From IMG/VR virus record IMGVR_UViG_3300037502_000458, positions 1-54,099 of that record: a stretch of DNA of 54,099 nucleotides, one strand, 5' to 3'. The translations under genes were made by a program, and so were the position numbers. The notes under the pieces were generated by a model. That model ran no database searches and had not been told where the DNA came from. It saw only the letters and a program-made list of their open reading frames with translations. Of the stretch, positions 27,981 to 38,300 are shown in pieces (the first letter of the stretch is position 1; each line of letters opens with the position of its first letter). This DNA comes from a virus. Its lineage: Duplodnaviria; Caudoviricetes.

Positions 27981-29012
27981 TTAGGACGGATTCACGCCGA
28001 TACCACCGGCGCTAGCAGACGGCGCAGGCATATCGACATAAATCTGACCAAGCGACGAAGCATCGGAGCCGAACTCGGTAATGCCGACCATCATCGAATT
28101 CTTGATTACAACTTGACCACCAGCCGATGCCGCCAGAGTAGCCAGCGCCGAAAGAGTAGTCGAGGTCGAACCAATATTGTTGATGAAGGAGCAGCCCTTG
28201 AACAGCGCATACCGATCCATACCCGAAGCAGCACCGACCTTGATACCAATCGGAGTCGCCGCAGACGCTTGGAACGGAAGTGTGCAGTCAATGAACGAGT
28301 TACGAGCCGTGCCGCCAGCAAACTCAATGGTTGCATTCGCCGCACTGCGAGCTACGGTGTCACCACCAAGCGTGCAGTTCATGAACGTATGCTCACCACC
28401 ACCATTAAGTTTCAGCGTCCGAGCGTTTGCACCAGCGGCAGAAGCTGCATCAGCCATGCCGTAGATGTTTACGTTGCTGTAAGCATTGCGAGAACCAGAA
28501 TCAGTCCAAGCAATCATGCTGGCCGATCCCGTGGAGAACCCACAGAACACGGACAGATTGGCAAAGTAACACCCAGATGCAGTCACGTTAATGAACGCAT
28601 CACTGTTAAAGGTCGTTGCAGTGTAAGTGCCGGTCGGAGGAGCAATACGAGCACGCTGGGCTACAGCCGTCGGAGCGCAAACACCAATCAAATGAGTGGC
28701 GTTCTTGTTCCAGTTCAAAGTACCCGTGGTAGCAGCCGAGTTGATGGACTGAGCCAGCGCGGTACTAAGACGGGCAGAACCCGCAGAAGTACCATCACCA
28801 ACCAGCACAACAACGTCGTTGTTACCAGCAGTACACTTTGCCAGAGCACCGTAAAGAGTTTTCAGAGGCAGTTCAGGCGTACCGTCGTTACCATCAGCAC
28901 CATTCACCGGATCTACAAAATAGTAGTTACCCGTGAACGGAAGTCCACCAATGGTTCCCAGAACCGGCACCCCGAAACTAGTAATCCCATTCGGGAAATT
29001 AGTCAGGGACAT
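27981..29012 (-). CDS. capsid decoration/fibre protein, pectin-lyase-like beta-helix
   Basis: TNFPNGITSFG N-terminus; YFVDPVNGADGNDG..PLKTL; FxxC repeats; follows capsid gene. Confidence 0.65.
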   Translation of the reverse strand: MSLTNFPNGITSFGVPVLGTIGGLPFTGNYYFVDPVNGADGNDGTPELPLKTLYGALAKCTAGNNDVVVLVGDGTSAGSARLSTALAQSINSAATTGTLNWNKNATHLIGVCAPTAVAQRARIAPPTGTYTATTFNSDAFINVTASGCYFANLSVFCGFSTGSASMIAWTDSGSRNAYSNVNIYGMADAASAAGANARTLKLNGGGEHTFMNCTLGGDTVARSAANATIEFAGGTARNSFIDCTLPFQASAATPIGIKVGAASGMDRYALFKGCSFINNIGSTSTTLSALATLAASAGGQVVIKNSMMVGITEFGSDASSLGQIYVDMPAPSASAGGIGVNPS

Positions 29013-29106
29013 TTGATTCTCCTAAAGATTCGTGTGGGCATAAGCAATCACCAGCGGGGAACCCGTTTACATCCTTTGGGTTTACTAACCCCCGCTGATG
29101 GTTACG

Positions 29107-30021
29107 TCATGCACCCGGAGTGCCGTAAAGTGCCCTTGGGTCGGTGAAGCCCACATCATAGCGTTCCGTCGCCTTGTAACGCATGGTGTCGGTTTCAAAG
29201 TCACCTTCCATGGTTTTCTCAAGGCGGCGGCGCATGAGGAGTTTCATGCCTTCGGGCGCATCGGTCTGGACCCACCATGCGGTCGGGGAGGTCAGACGCG
29301 ACAGAACGGCAGCACCTTCATCAAGCAGACCAATCGACTTGATGGGGTTGATGTCGTTGTTAGCGTTACCCGAACGCAGGACGGACTTCAGGAGAACCTC
29401 GGCTTGGAAGACGTTGCCGGGAGCCACAACCAACTGACGGGGCACCAGACGAATCTTCTTGCCGTTGTTGTCTACCGCCTGACGGATCTGGATCAGCATC
29501 TGTTCCAGCGAAGTCTGCGAGAGAACCGCAGCAGTCGTCAGAAGATTGCTGAACGTGCCGTTGACGATAGGATGAGCGTTACTGTTCAGCGAAACGCCGT
29601 CACCGCCCGGATAGGACGAGTTGAAGGCGCGGTTCAGAACGTTGGCGCTCAGCGTCTCTTTGGTCTCAATCAGCGATTGAGCCAAGTGACGGGCGTAAAC
29701 CTGACCGATACGGATATGGTCGCCGTCCTCAACAAGCACTTTCGTCAGAGCGAAGGCCAGACCATAGACCTTGTAGACGTAACGCTTGAGGAACAGCACT
29801 CCACCCTGCTGATAGGTCACTGGGGTGCCATCAGGAAGCTGCGGAGCCGCGCCAAAACCGTACAGAACGGGTTCTTCGTGGTAGTTACGGGGGATACCTT
29901 CCTGCTCGCGGAACACTCGGCTCCACTCATCAGTGCGCTGATCGTATACACCATCAAAGCACTCGTTCAGGATAGGTTCGACAATTGACCGAAAATCGGT
30001 ACTACGCATCGGGGCTGCCAT
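29107..30021 (-). CDS. major capsid protein (Mu gpT-like family)
   Basis: YGLAFALT, GGDGVSL...HP, PRQLVV, DFETDTMRYKATERYDVGFTDPRALYG. Confidence 0.9.
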   Translation of the reverse strand: MAAPMRSTDFRSIVEPILNECFDGVYDQRTDEWSRVFREQEGIPRNYHEEPVLYGFGAAPQLPDGTPVTYQQGGVLFLKRYVYKVYGLAFALTKVLVEDGDHIRIGQVYARHLAQSLIETKETLSANVLNRAFNSSYPGGDGVSLNSNAHPIVNGTFSNLLTTAAVLSQTSLEQMLIQIRQAVDNNGKKIRLVPRQLVVAPGNVFQAEVLLKSVLRSGNANNDINPIKSIGLLDEGAAVLSRLTSPTAWWVQTDAPEGMKLLMRRRLEKTMEGDFETDTMRYKATERYDVGFTDPRALYGTPGA

Positions 30022-30034
30022 GATCTAGCCCTCC

Positions 30035-30658
30035 TTATACGGCAATCGGCGTGTAATTCGTGCCGGAGACACGAACTTGGCCGTATTGATGTTGAGAGAT
30101 CTTGGCGCGAACGATAACGTAAGCGTCACCCCAGTCATTATCAGGATACGGCGCAATATCAACAATCCGCATCTGAGCTTCACCGTTTGCACCAACAAGA
30201 CTGATGCTCAGGGTGGCTTGGCTAAGACCCGTGGTCGTCGATCCGTCCGTGGTGTTGCTCAGATCCGCCTCATCACCAACCGAGGTCTGAAGCAGAGTGC
30301 CATCAGCCTGAATCTCATAAACAATGTTCGGATCATCGTAAAAGTACGCGACAACCGAACCAACCTGAAAACTTTCGTTAGCAGGCCAATAGTTTGAAAC
30401 ACGACGCCGACCCGTGGCATCCGTCCACTCGACACCCGCAAAGGCACCAAGGAACGCTTCGCCAGCAGCAGCGACAACGATGTAACCGCCCGTGTCCATC
30501 TTGATGGGCTGACCCTTCAGGATGGTAGTGGCATAACCCGCCGAGACGTTTCCGCTCGTCGAGACCGCTTGAATTCCGTTAGCAAGAGCCTGAGCACGAT
30601 CCAGACCACTGGGGTGAAATGCAGGCCGCAAGCCGAACGGAGCACTAGTAGCAGACAT
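30035..30658 (-). CDS. minor capsid/decoration protein
   Basis: APFGLRP, GAFAGVEW, DDPNIVYEIQ; immediately upstream of MCP. Confidence 0.7.
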   Translation of the reverse strand: MSATSAPFGLRPAFHPSGLDRAQALANGIQAVSTSGNVSAGYATTILKGQPIKMDTGGYIVVAAAGEAFLGAFAGVEWTDATGRRRVSNYWPANESFQVGSVVAYFYDDPNIVYEIQADGTLLQTSVGDEADLSNTTDGSTTTGLSQATLSISLVGANGEAQMRIVDIAPYPDNDWGDAYVIVRAKISQHQYGQVRVSGTNYTPIAV

Positions 30659-30670
30659 AGTTAACTCCTG

Positions 30671-31204
30671 TTAGCCCGTAAATACGGGAGTTTTGACTGG
30701 TTCATCCAGCATTCCAAAGCCTTCACCCTCAACCTGCCCGAGAGACCTGCCTCGGCTGTCTCGACCCTGAGCCTGCTCTGCTTGATACCGAACCTTCTCG
30801 GACTCTTGCATCGGCAACTCATGGTGCATATGCAACATAACGTCCTGATACACATCCATAGGGATCTTGTACAAGACCATTTCGTTACACGAGACAAAAC
30901 CAGTGTTCTCGCCAGCCTTTACACGGTAATTTTCAAATCCGGGTAACTCATCCGCTTTCACAGGTACATACCCGAGTCGCATCCGTTTATCAATGCTGTC
31001 GTATCCATTGGTGGTTGAAAGCCAGCACAAATGCCATCCCGGAATATCCGGGGTCTTTGGAAGTGCTGATTGGGTCCACTCATCGCTCCACATCTTGCGA
31101 CGTTCCTGCGTGGAATGGAGAGAATCGTCTGAACGGGTTACGTCCTCGATTGCGCGAGTTTCGCGTCCGCCAGCGTTTAGAGACTTCTTTAAGCGTGAAT
31201 CCAT
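30671..31204 (-). CDS. conserved head-module protein
   Basis: PGWHLCW...RLGYVPV...LYKIP motif between scaffold and capsid. Confidence 0.7.
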   Translation of the reverse strand: MDSRLKKSLNAGGRETRAIEDVTRSDDSLHSTQERRKMWSDEWTQSALPKTPDIPGWHLCWLSTTNGYDSIDKRMRLGYVPVKADELPGFENYRVKAGENTGFVSCNEMVLYKIPMDVYQDVMLHMHHELPMQESEKVRYQAEQAQGRDSRGRSLGQVEGEGFGMLDEPVKTPVFTG

Positions 31205-31208
31205 GAAT

Positions 31209-32135
31209 TTAGCTCCTTCGTGCTTCTTGGGCGTATCGTTTAATCATCTTGGCGCGTTTGTCGGGATCTTCCCAAAAACCCGCATCTTTCATCGCTCGGA
31301 CCTGCTCGGGACTCAATACAAACTGATTCCCTCCTCGCGGTGCTGATTCACGACCCGATCCAGTTACTACACTTCTGGGCTTCCTCCTTGGTTCGTCATA
31401 TTGATTGTACCTATGCGGTAGCCGTTTCTGCAAGCGATTATCTAATTCATCCCAATATTCTTCCGTACTGGGATCCCAGCCTTCCTTGTGAAGTTTCTGG
31501 TCAATAATCTTTGCAATCTGACTATCCTCGTCGTTTCCAGTCGGGTCATACCAAGAGTTGTTTTCCATCCACTGGTTTGCATGACGCATCAGTTGTGGAT
31601 TAACCGCCCCGGTTTCTTGAGTCTGCGACTTTGCCGCCTGCTCTTTAGCCCGCTTCAACGCCTCTACACGACCACGGGTCTCATACCAAAGCTCTTGAGC
31701 CTTAGCCATCTCCGCGCCGTTAGAACGATTCCCCGCATCACTGAGTTTTGCCATCGCATACTGAAGACGCAATTCCTCATCTTCAATTGCTTTGTCCAAC
31801 CTAGCTAAATCAGAACTGTGCGTCTTCTTCTCTACTACCGCTAGACGCTCCATCAACTCCTGATTCTGCCTCTGTAGAAGCTCTAAACGACGATCCTTCT
31901 CTTCGTTTGTCTTCTTGATCAAATCCTTCTTGGCCCTGCGTCTGGCTCGCCTAGCGGCCCGTACAGCCTCTGTATCGTCAGGATGATCTTCGTCATCCAC
32001 TTCACCCCCTTCTGCCTTCTCAATAGGGGCGTCCTCTTCTTCTTTTGGAACCAAATCATCAGGAAGTTCTACAACGGCTGAACCGTCAGTCTCTTCCTTG
32101 ATGTTTAGCTCGTCCTTTACTTTAGGATCGTTCAT
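31209..32135 (-). CDS. putative scaffolding protein
   Basis: Acidic N-terminus, long coiled coil, C-terminal VLSPEQVRAMK; position. Confidence 0.7.
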   Translation of the reverse strand: MNDPKVKDELNIKEETDGSAVVELPDDLVPKEEEDAPIEKAEGGEVDDEDHPDDTEAVRAARRARRRAKKDLIKKTNEEKDRRLELLQRQNQELMERLAVVEKKTHSSDLARLDKAIEDEELRLQYAMAKLSDAGNRSNGAEMAKAQELWYETRGRVEALKRAKEQAAKSQTQETGAVNPQLMRHANQWMENNSWYDPTGNDEDSQIAKIIDQKLHKEGWDPSTEEYWDELDNRLQKRLPHRYNQYDEPRRKPRSVVTGSGRESAPRGGNQFVLSPEQVRAMKDAGFWEDPDKRAKMIKRYAQEARRS

Positions 32136-32557
32136 ACAAATGCTTTCATGGCTAGAGGATCAGTCGTCACTTTTGCAATGACCTCGTGATCGTTAAAGAT
32201 GGCAAATAGACTGGGTTCGTCGTCGCCCTCAATAGGGACCTCCCACCTGTCACCGCCCCATTTGGGTACACGGATAAAGTCTCCCGGATTGCACCAAGAG
32301 CCTTCAGGCCAAGATTGCATGGTGTCTCGATGCTTAAAAGCCAACGGACCCACAGCAATAACCTTAGCCACCATGTTTTGCCACTTTTCTGCCTCTTTCG
32401 TCTCGGATACCAGAATCAGTCCACTTTGAGACTTCTTCTTGGTTCGCCGCAGTTGTACGAGAATCCTTCCACCTAGCGGAGTAGCACCGGGATCGACACT
32501 CGGGAATGCCCAAGCAAGTTCAGCTTCGTTAGAAGCTACCGGCTCATTCATGTTCAT
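32132..32557 (-). CDS. GroES/Cpn10-like co-chaperonin
   Basis: PLGGRILV, SGLIL, KVIAVGP, GDFI, FNDHEVIA match the Cpn10 pattern. Confidence 0.85.
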   Translation of the reverse strand: MNMNEPVASNEAELAWAFPSVDPGATPLGGRILVQLRRTKKKSQSGLILVSETKEAEKWQNMVAKVIAVGPLAFKHRDTMQSWPEGSWCNPGDFIRVPKWGGDRWEVPIEGDDEPSLFAIFNDHEVIAKVTTDPLAMKAFV

Positions 32558-32729
32558 CTTCGTCTCTTAAAAGGTTATTGAGAATATCAAGGCTGTCTTG
32601 TAATCCTTGATATGTTCCGACCATACGTTGATAAGCCTCCCATGTCTGCGCTTTTCCCATCGCAAGGGCCAGAGATATTTCACTCTGTGAGGCTTTGATC
32701 CCGTTGATCAGATCGTTTACCGTCTTCAT
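32544..32729 (-). CDS. hypothetical protein
   Basis: YQRMVGTYQGL motif, between portal and GroES-like gene. Confidence 0.7.
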   Translation of the reverse strand: MKTVNDLINGIKASQSEISLALAMGKAQTWEAYQRMVGTYQGLQDSLDILNNLLRDEDEHE

Positions 32730-32851
32730 TTCTTGTCTTTTTTCTCTTCTCCTTTAGGTTGATACGACTGACCATTCAGCGGAACACCCATAGCAATACG
32801 CTTATGCTGCGGGACGTTGACGCTTTTCTGCTCTTGATCTGAAGTTGCCAT
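32726..32851 (-). CDS. hypothetical protein (41 aa, MATSDQEQKSVNVPQHKRIAMG...)
   Basis: Read manually; AGGAG SD; ATGA overlap. Confidence 0.6.
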   Translation of the reverse strand: MATSDQEQKSVNVPQHKRIAMGVPLNGQSYQPKGEEKKDKK

Positions 32852-32860
32852 CACTTACTC

Positions 32861-35383
32861 CTATTGGATTGTGTAATCAATAATTGTTTTATCTTGATCT
32901 AGTTTCAACCTAGCAGCGTCTCTTGTCAATCTGGCGGTTTCTATACGCTCCTTGGTTTCCTGATCTCCAACTGCAATCGCCATTCTCAACTGCAAGTCTT
33001 CCATCTCCATCTGCTGTTTCTGTTGTAGCTCCAGCATCTGAAGTTCAAGTTTCTGCTGCATCTCCTGCCCTTTAAGCTGGAGTTCTGCCTTGTCACGTTC
33101 CGTCCTTCTTTGAGTCTCAGCCATGCTCGTCTGTAGCAGAACCTGTCCGTCAGGCGTCAAATCAGGCTTCGGCTTGAACTGCTGCGCTTGCTGAACCATC
33201 TGTTGAATGATCGGCATGATCCCTTGCAGGGTCTCCTGAGCATCCATGTCAACGTGCTGAGAAGCCGCCCCAAACATTTTGTCTACAGGCTTGGGATCGG
33301 TGATTAGCTCGTAATCCTCCAACTTCTTGCCCAAAGACTGATGGATGTAACCTTCCATTCTGTTTAGATACCACAGCGCAATATGCTGTTTGATGTGCTC
33401 CATCGCTTTCGGAAGGAAGCTCGGAGCAATCAAAGGATTCCCGCCCAACACCGGGTTCTTTGCATAGTCCAAATGGGCCTGAATATGCCCCAGATGGTCC
33501 TGTTCGGGATAAGCAAAGGCAGACTGCCCAATACTCATCGCTACGTTCTCGTTGGCAGGATCCTGCTTCTGAGGTCCCGGCATATCCGTCATCAGTTCGT
33601 TGATCGCCGGTACTTTCAGTTGCTTCAAGAAGCGTGATATGACCACTCTTCGATTAAAGAGGTCCGGGTTCTTCTCTGCGATTGACATGACCGCTTGAGA
33701 TTGGGCCATTCGCTGAGTTTCAGAGAAGATGTGAGGATCACTGACAGGAACAACGTCCGATACTTTTGCAAAGTCTTCTCTCTTGATGTCTAAATCAACC
33801 ATATCGTCGGATCTGGACATATCCTCCAAATACCAACGGTTGATCCTCTGAAGAATCTTCAGAACCCTCGTCTGACTCTTGTGAAGCCTCGCGTGAATGC
33901 TCGAAAAGACCGCCGCTCCCTGCTCAATCAGAGCCTGTGTCGTCCCTACAGGAGCGTTTGCAGTCACATCTGCGATCTTTTCCTCTGCCGTCGTTACTAC
34001 ACCCTTGGCAGCGGTCGTCAGGAACCCCAAAAGTTGAAACAAAACCGGACTCGGGGGGTTAAATGGCATCGGCATCGCAATCTTGCGAATGTCATCTACC
34101 CCCGGAGCTGCTTCCAACTCGGCTACTTGGGTTACTTCAACCTGCTGAGACTGCCCCGATAGCTTCGCTCCCTTCAACTTCAGCATCGTTGCTGCGTTGT
34201 TGATGTGGGCAGAGTCCAAAAGTGCCCTCAGAGAGCCTGTAAGGGCCGCAGAAAGCCCTCCAATCAGGTGCGGAAGGCCAATAGCGTAAGCACCACGCCA
34301 CGGAATGAACTTAAACTCGACAATCCAATCGAGTTTCGTCATCGTTTCCTCGCCTTCCTCCCAATTTCGGTACAAACCGACGACTTCCGTCTCCAGTTCG
34401 TCAATCATGAGGATGTAAGGCGCTAACTCTCCCTTCGTATAGCTATCACTTTCCAGTTCCAACCATGTGTAAACGTGGTAAACACGCCGTACACCGTCTT
34501 CATTGTCGTTATCTGACCTTCCCTCTACCTTGTCATTGGCCTTTTGAGGGCCTGTAGGTTCAGGAGACATCGTTGCACGAATGAAAGACGTATCCCGATA
34601 CAAGCCAGAACGAATTCGTTGCTTGTATTCGTAGTTGGAAATGTCGTGAACCTCTGTTACCCGCTGACTCGTGTAGAAGTTCGTCGCCGCAAACGGCAGA
34701 ATCACGTTGTCAATCGGCAGAAACTCCGCACAAGGTCTCTTTTGACGCTCGTCATACCAGAGTTTTAGGTACTGACTACCTCCAAGGGGCAGTTGAGTGA
34801 GCATCTGCTCCAACTCATCCGAGAACTCGGGGATCTGTTCGGTCAACTGCCAGTTCATGAAGTCGCGTTTACGCTCCGCAACCTCTGTTTTTTCCTTGGA
34901 AGTCTCACCCAGAATCTTGGTCCGGGTCGGGCCATCAGGCGGAAACAGTTCTTTAATGGCCCTTGAAGCGAAATCTACGCACCCTTCAGCCATTACAGGG
35001 TGTACGACTTTAGATGCACCGTTAAACGAAGCCCCTCCGGGAGCGTCATTCCCCAATCCGGTCCTTCGGATCCCCTCTTCGTACTGCTTGTCCCGCTGTT
35101 TCCTTGCGTCTTTGTCCTTCTCGATCAGCTCGATGTACCGCAGAGCAAAGGACGCAATCTCAAATGAGTCGGCAGATTCAGCCAGATTCTCATAGAAGTC
35201 AGGGTTCTCTATCGGACCTTCGGGGAGAGTGACAACAGCAGAGCCATCAGGAAGCTCTTCGATCTCAGATTCAGAGAGATTAATATCCAACTCTGGTTCT
35301 GGTTCCTGCCGGAGCAGATCGCCTTGAGCAAGACCCGGAACACTTCTTCCATAGTCCTGCTCGATGGGGAATTCGGTTGCCAT
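32861..35383 (-). CDS. portal protein
   Basis: 840 aa; VHPVMAE, ELFPPDGP, DFMNWQL, APVGTTQAL, PVSDP; Gln-rich C-terminal coiled coil. Confidence 0.9.
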   Translation of the reverse strand: MATEFPIEQDYGRSVPGLAQGDLLRQEPEPELDINLSESEIEELPDGSAVVTLPEGPIENPDFYENLAESADSFEIASFALRYIELIEKDKDARKQRDKQYEEGIRRTGLGNDAPGGASFNGASKVVHPVMAEGCVDFASRAIKELFPPDGPTRTKILGETSKEKTEVAERKRDFMNWQLTEQIPEFSDELEQMLTQLPLGGSQYLKLWYDERQKRPCAEFLPIDNVILPFAATNFYTSQRVTEVHDISNYEYKQRIRSGLYRDTSFIRATMSPEPTGPQKANDKVEGRSDNDNEDGVRRVYHVYTWLELESDSYTKGELAPYILMIDELETEVVGLYRNWEEGEETMTKLDWIVEFKFIPWRGAYAIGLPHLIGGLSAALTGSLRALLDSAHINNAATMLKLKGAKLSGQSQQVEVTQVAELEAAPGVDDIRKIAMPMPFNPPSPVLFQLLGFLTTAAKGVVTTAEEKIADVTANAPVGTTQALIEQGAAVFSSIHARLHKSQTRVLKILQRINRWYLEDMSRSDDMVDLDIKREDFAKVSDVVPVSDPHIFSETQRMAQSQAVMSIAEKNPDLFNRRVVISRFLKQLKVPAINELMTDMPGPQKQDPANENVAMSIGQSAFAYPEQDHLGHIQAHLDYAKNPVLGGNPLIAPSFLPKAMEHIKQHIALWYLNRMEGYIHQSLGKKLEDYELITDPKPVDKMFGAASQHVDMDAQETLQGIMPIIQQMVQQAQQFKPKPDLTPDGQVLLQTSMAETQRRTERDKAELQLKGQEMQQKLELQMLELQQKQQMEMEDLQLRMAIAVGDQETKERIETARLTRDAARLKLDQDKTIIDYTIQ

Positions 35384-35384
35384 C

Positions 35385-38300
35385 TTATTTCCTGTTCACG
35401 GCGGCAAGGCCACCTTTCTTTTTGCCAGTAAGTCGCTTCATGGCCTCTTCGTACATCTTAATCTCATCAACGTACTGAGGGTCCACTTTCTGCCTTGCGC
35501 CTACCGACTTGAGCATATTAAACGGATCAACTTTCTTCGCCAGTTCAGGATGTTCTCTAAACCATTGAGAAAAATCTGGGAAAGCTAGTTCGTAAGGGAT
35601 TGGGTACTTTGATCTACCCATCAATTGACCGGGTATGTCGTATTCATAAGTTGGATGCCGAGACAGCGTAAGCTCGCCTTGCGGCCTCATCTGACCAACT
35701 GAGTATCCCGTAACCCCTGTCTCCAAATTCCTTAGCCCCGGCTCAGTAATCGCGGTTTGAACTATGCTTCCTTGAAACGGGAATCCCACCGCTTTGGCAG
35801 TAGTTGGCTTTTCCAGAACTTCAGAAATGCGCTTCCGAAGATTTGGGTTCATCTGGGCTTGCAACAACAAATCGATGGGGTCCTCAAATCCAACAAACTG
35901 CGGGTACTTGTTTGCCTTGTCACCCTCTCGCACCATCTTGTTCAAGATTTCCATCTTGTCGGCTGGCAACTTGTCCGGCTTGAGCACAGAAATCAAAGCA
36001 TCTAGATTGTGCATGGCATAACGAGAACTCTCAGGCGACATCTTCATGTATTGCCCAAGAATCTTGTCAGTCTGATACTTCTCTGCCATCTCATCAACCA
36101 GATTCTTAATGCCTTGAGCCGCACCTTTGCTTGACGCCCAATAGCTTTCAGGCTGAGCAGTCCCATAACTAGGCCCGCCATACAACTCAACAGGAGTTTC
36201 AGGCGTTACGTCACCAACCTGCATCAGACGTTTGCCAGCCCTCGTAGGCTCATACAAAGAACCCGGAGACTTGACTTGCCCCATCGTGGGGTCTCCCGGA
36301 ACTCCTACAATTACCGATCCTAGTTGCTTCTCGTAGTCAACCGTAGGAAGCGGCTTATCCTCAATCGTGCTCTCCACGATCATCGGAGTGCGCTGTTCCA
36401 TTTCGTAAACAGCACGAGACTTGCCTTCAGGATTTACAGAGAAAGCAGGATCAGGTCTCACAAACCCCGGCTGCGTTTGCTCGGCGATTCGTTGAGCAAT
36501 ACTTTCAATCTCTTGCTTTGATCGCGGAGCAGCACGACCAGCAGCAGCGGCCTCCTCTGCGTATTTGCTCTTAGCCGCCCTAGCAGCAGCAGGAAGGTTC
36601 TTCAATCCGGCCAACCCTCCCTTAGCCATCTGCACTTCATTGGCTAACTTCAGGGCTTGCATGAATGCCTTGTCTTCTGGCATTCCTTGTTCGATCAGTC
36701 TGGCTTTGATGGTGTCGGCGTTAGATACCAACCCACCTTCTGCTTTTTTAACCACTCCCAGTTTGTCTAAAAGTTCATCACCTTCTTCTGCTTGTATCTT
36801 TTCCCACCGCCGTTTCAACTGATTAAACGGCGTTGGCCCAACAGTTTCAAACTCTTGTTCCGTAATATAGCGATCTTTTGATGACAAATTTTGAGATCTA
36901 AGCCAATTTCTAAAATCCCCATCAATGTTTCGGTCAGTCAAAATGTCAATCATTCCAGCATTTCGTATATCACCAATACCAATCCATTCTTGGCTCTTTA
37001 CGAAGTCTTGAACGAAAGGCAAGTAATCTTCTTTAGGCGCTTGGTTGCCCTTGCCTTTGATTTGAATAATCTGCGAAGGAGCCTCTCCAAATCGACCAAC
37101 TAACTCCTTCTGTAAGGCCTGATTATAAACTTCATGATCTTCTGATTTATAAGGAGGCTTTAAGCCTAGTCTTGTTTCAATATCTCGACCTAATTGCAAA
37201 TATTCTTCTTTGGGCATTTTTGCGCGAATAGTATTCCAATCCCATTGACTGGGCCTCACCTCAATCGTTACATGAGGCTCACCCTTTGAATCTCTGAGAG
37301 AAAAGATTTGCGTGTTGCCTTCCAGCACATCTGGGCAGTAGCTCCCAACACAGTGCCCCATCGTCTTGCCTTCATAAGACAACGCTTCTTCCGTCTTCTT
37401 CGCGTCAGTCTTATTGTGCAGTTCTAGCCACTTGTAGCCCTCTGGATAGTCTTTAACAACCGGCAACCCCTCCTGCTGCTGTATCGCGGCTCTAGCGGCT
37501 TCCTTGGCCTTCTCTTGGTCGTATTCGTAAGTCCGCCTGACCGCTTGCTCAATTGAAACTTTGTTTAACTGTTCTGGACGGATACGGCCCGTTTGCAAGT
37601 CTTCACGGAGAACGTCAACAACGTGATCAAATCCCAAGTCGCCATACGTCGTAGTGTAAAGAGGAGTGTTTGGATCAAGTTTCATTACCCAAGGATTTTT
37701 TTGAGCTAAATCCAAGTTGATCCTATCCATCATCCCATGACTTTTCCACCACTCGTTTTGCAAAGTTTCATACTCGTTGTCTTGAAGTATGATGGCTTTG
37801 TCACCTATCGGGGTTTTTTGATTCAAAACCTCCATTTCTTTATCGCTGTAAATACCGCTGTTCCTTAGCTTTTCATCAAACCTTCTAGCAATTTCCGATT
37901 GCTTATCTTTGAATCTGCGTTCTGCTTCTTGGGCAAACGGCAAAGATTCTATTGTCCGCTGAATGTCGCCAGCAGTTCGTGATGCAATCGCCTCATCTGA
38001 CAGGTTTTCCCACCTTTTGGCTAAGTCTGATTGTCCCATGCCACTAGCGGGAAACCCAGCCATGTGTCGTTGCACCCTTGTTGACTTTTCTGGAACAAGA
38101 GCCTCTTCTGCCAAATCTGTTTTATGAGTAACACCTTCTTCTGCCAACTTTCTTACCGGGTCTTCCGGCGTACCCATTTCTTTCTTGACATAATTGACAA
38201 GATTCCGGTCAATCCAATTGTCTAACGCAGCTCGCTGCCTTTCTTGACCCAACATCCGCTCAACCGTTTGGCGGCTTTCAGGAGTAAGCGTTGGATCTTT

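Noticed and set aside
27603-29988. Long + strand ORFs (514 aa and 296 aa)
   Set aside because: Antisense shadows of the codon-biased capsid and decoration genes; no recognisable motifs
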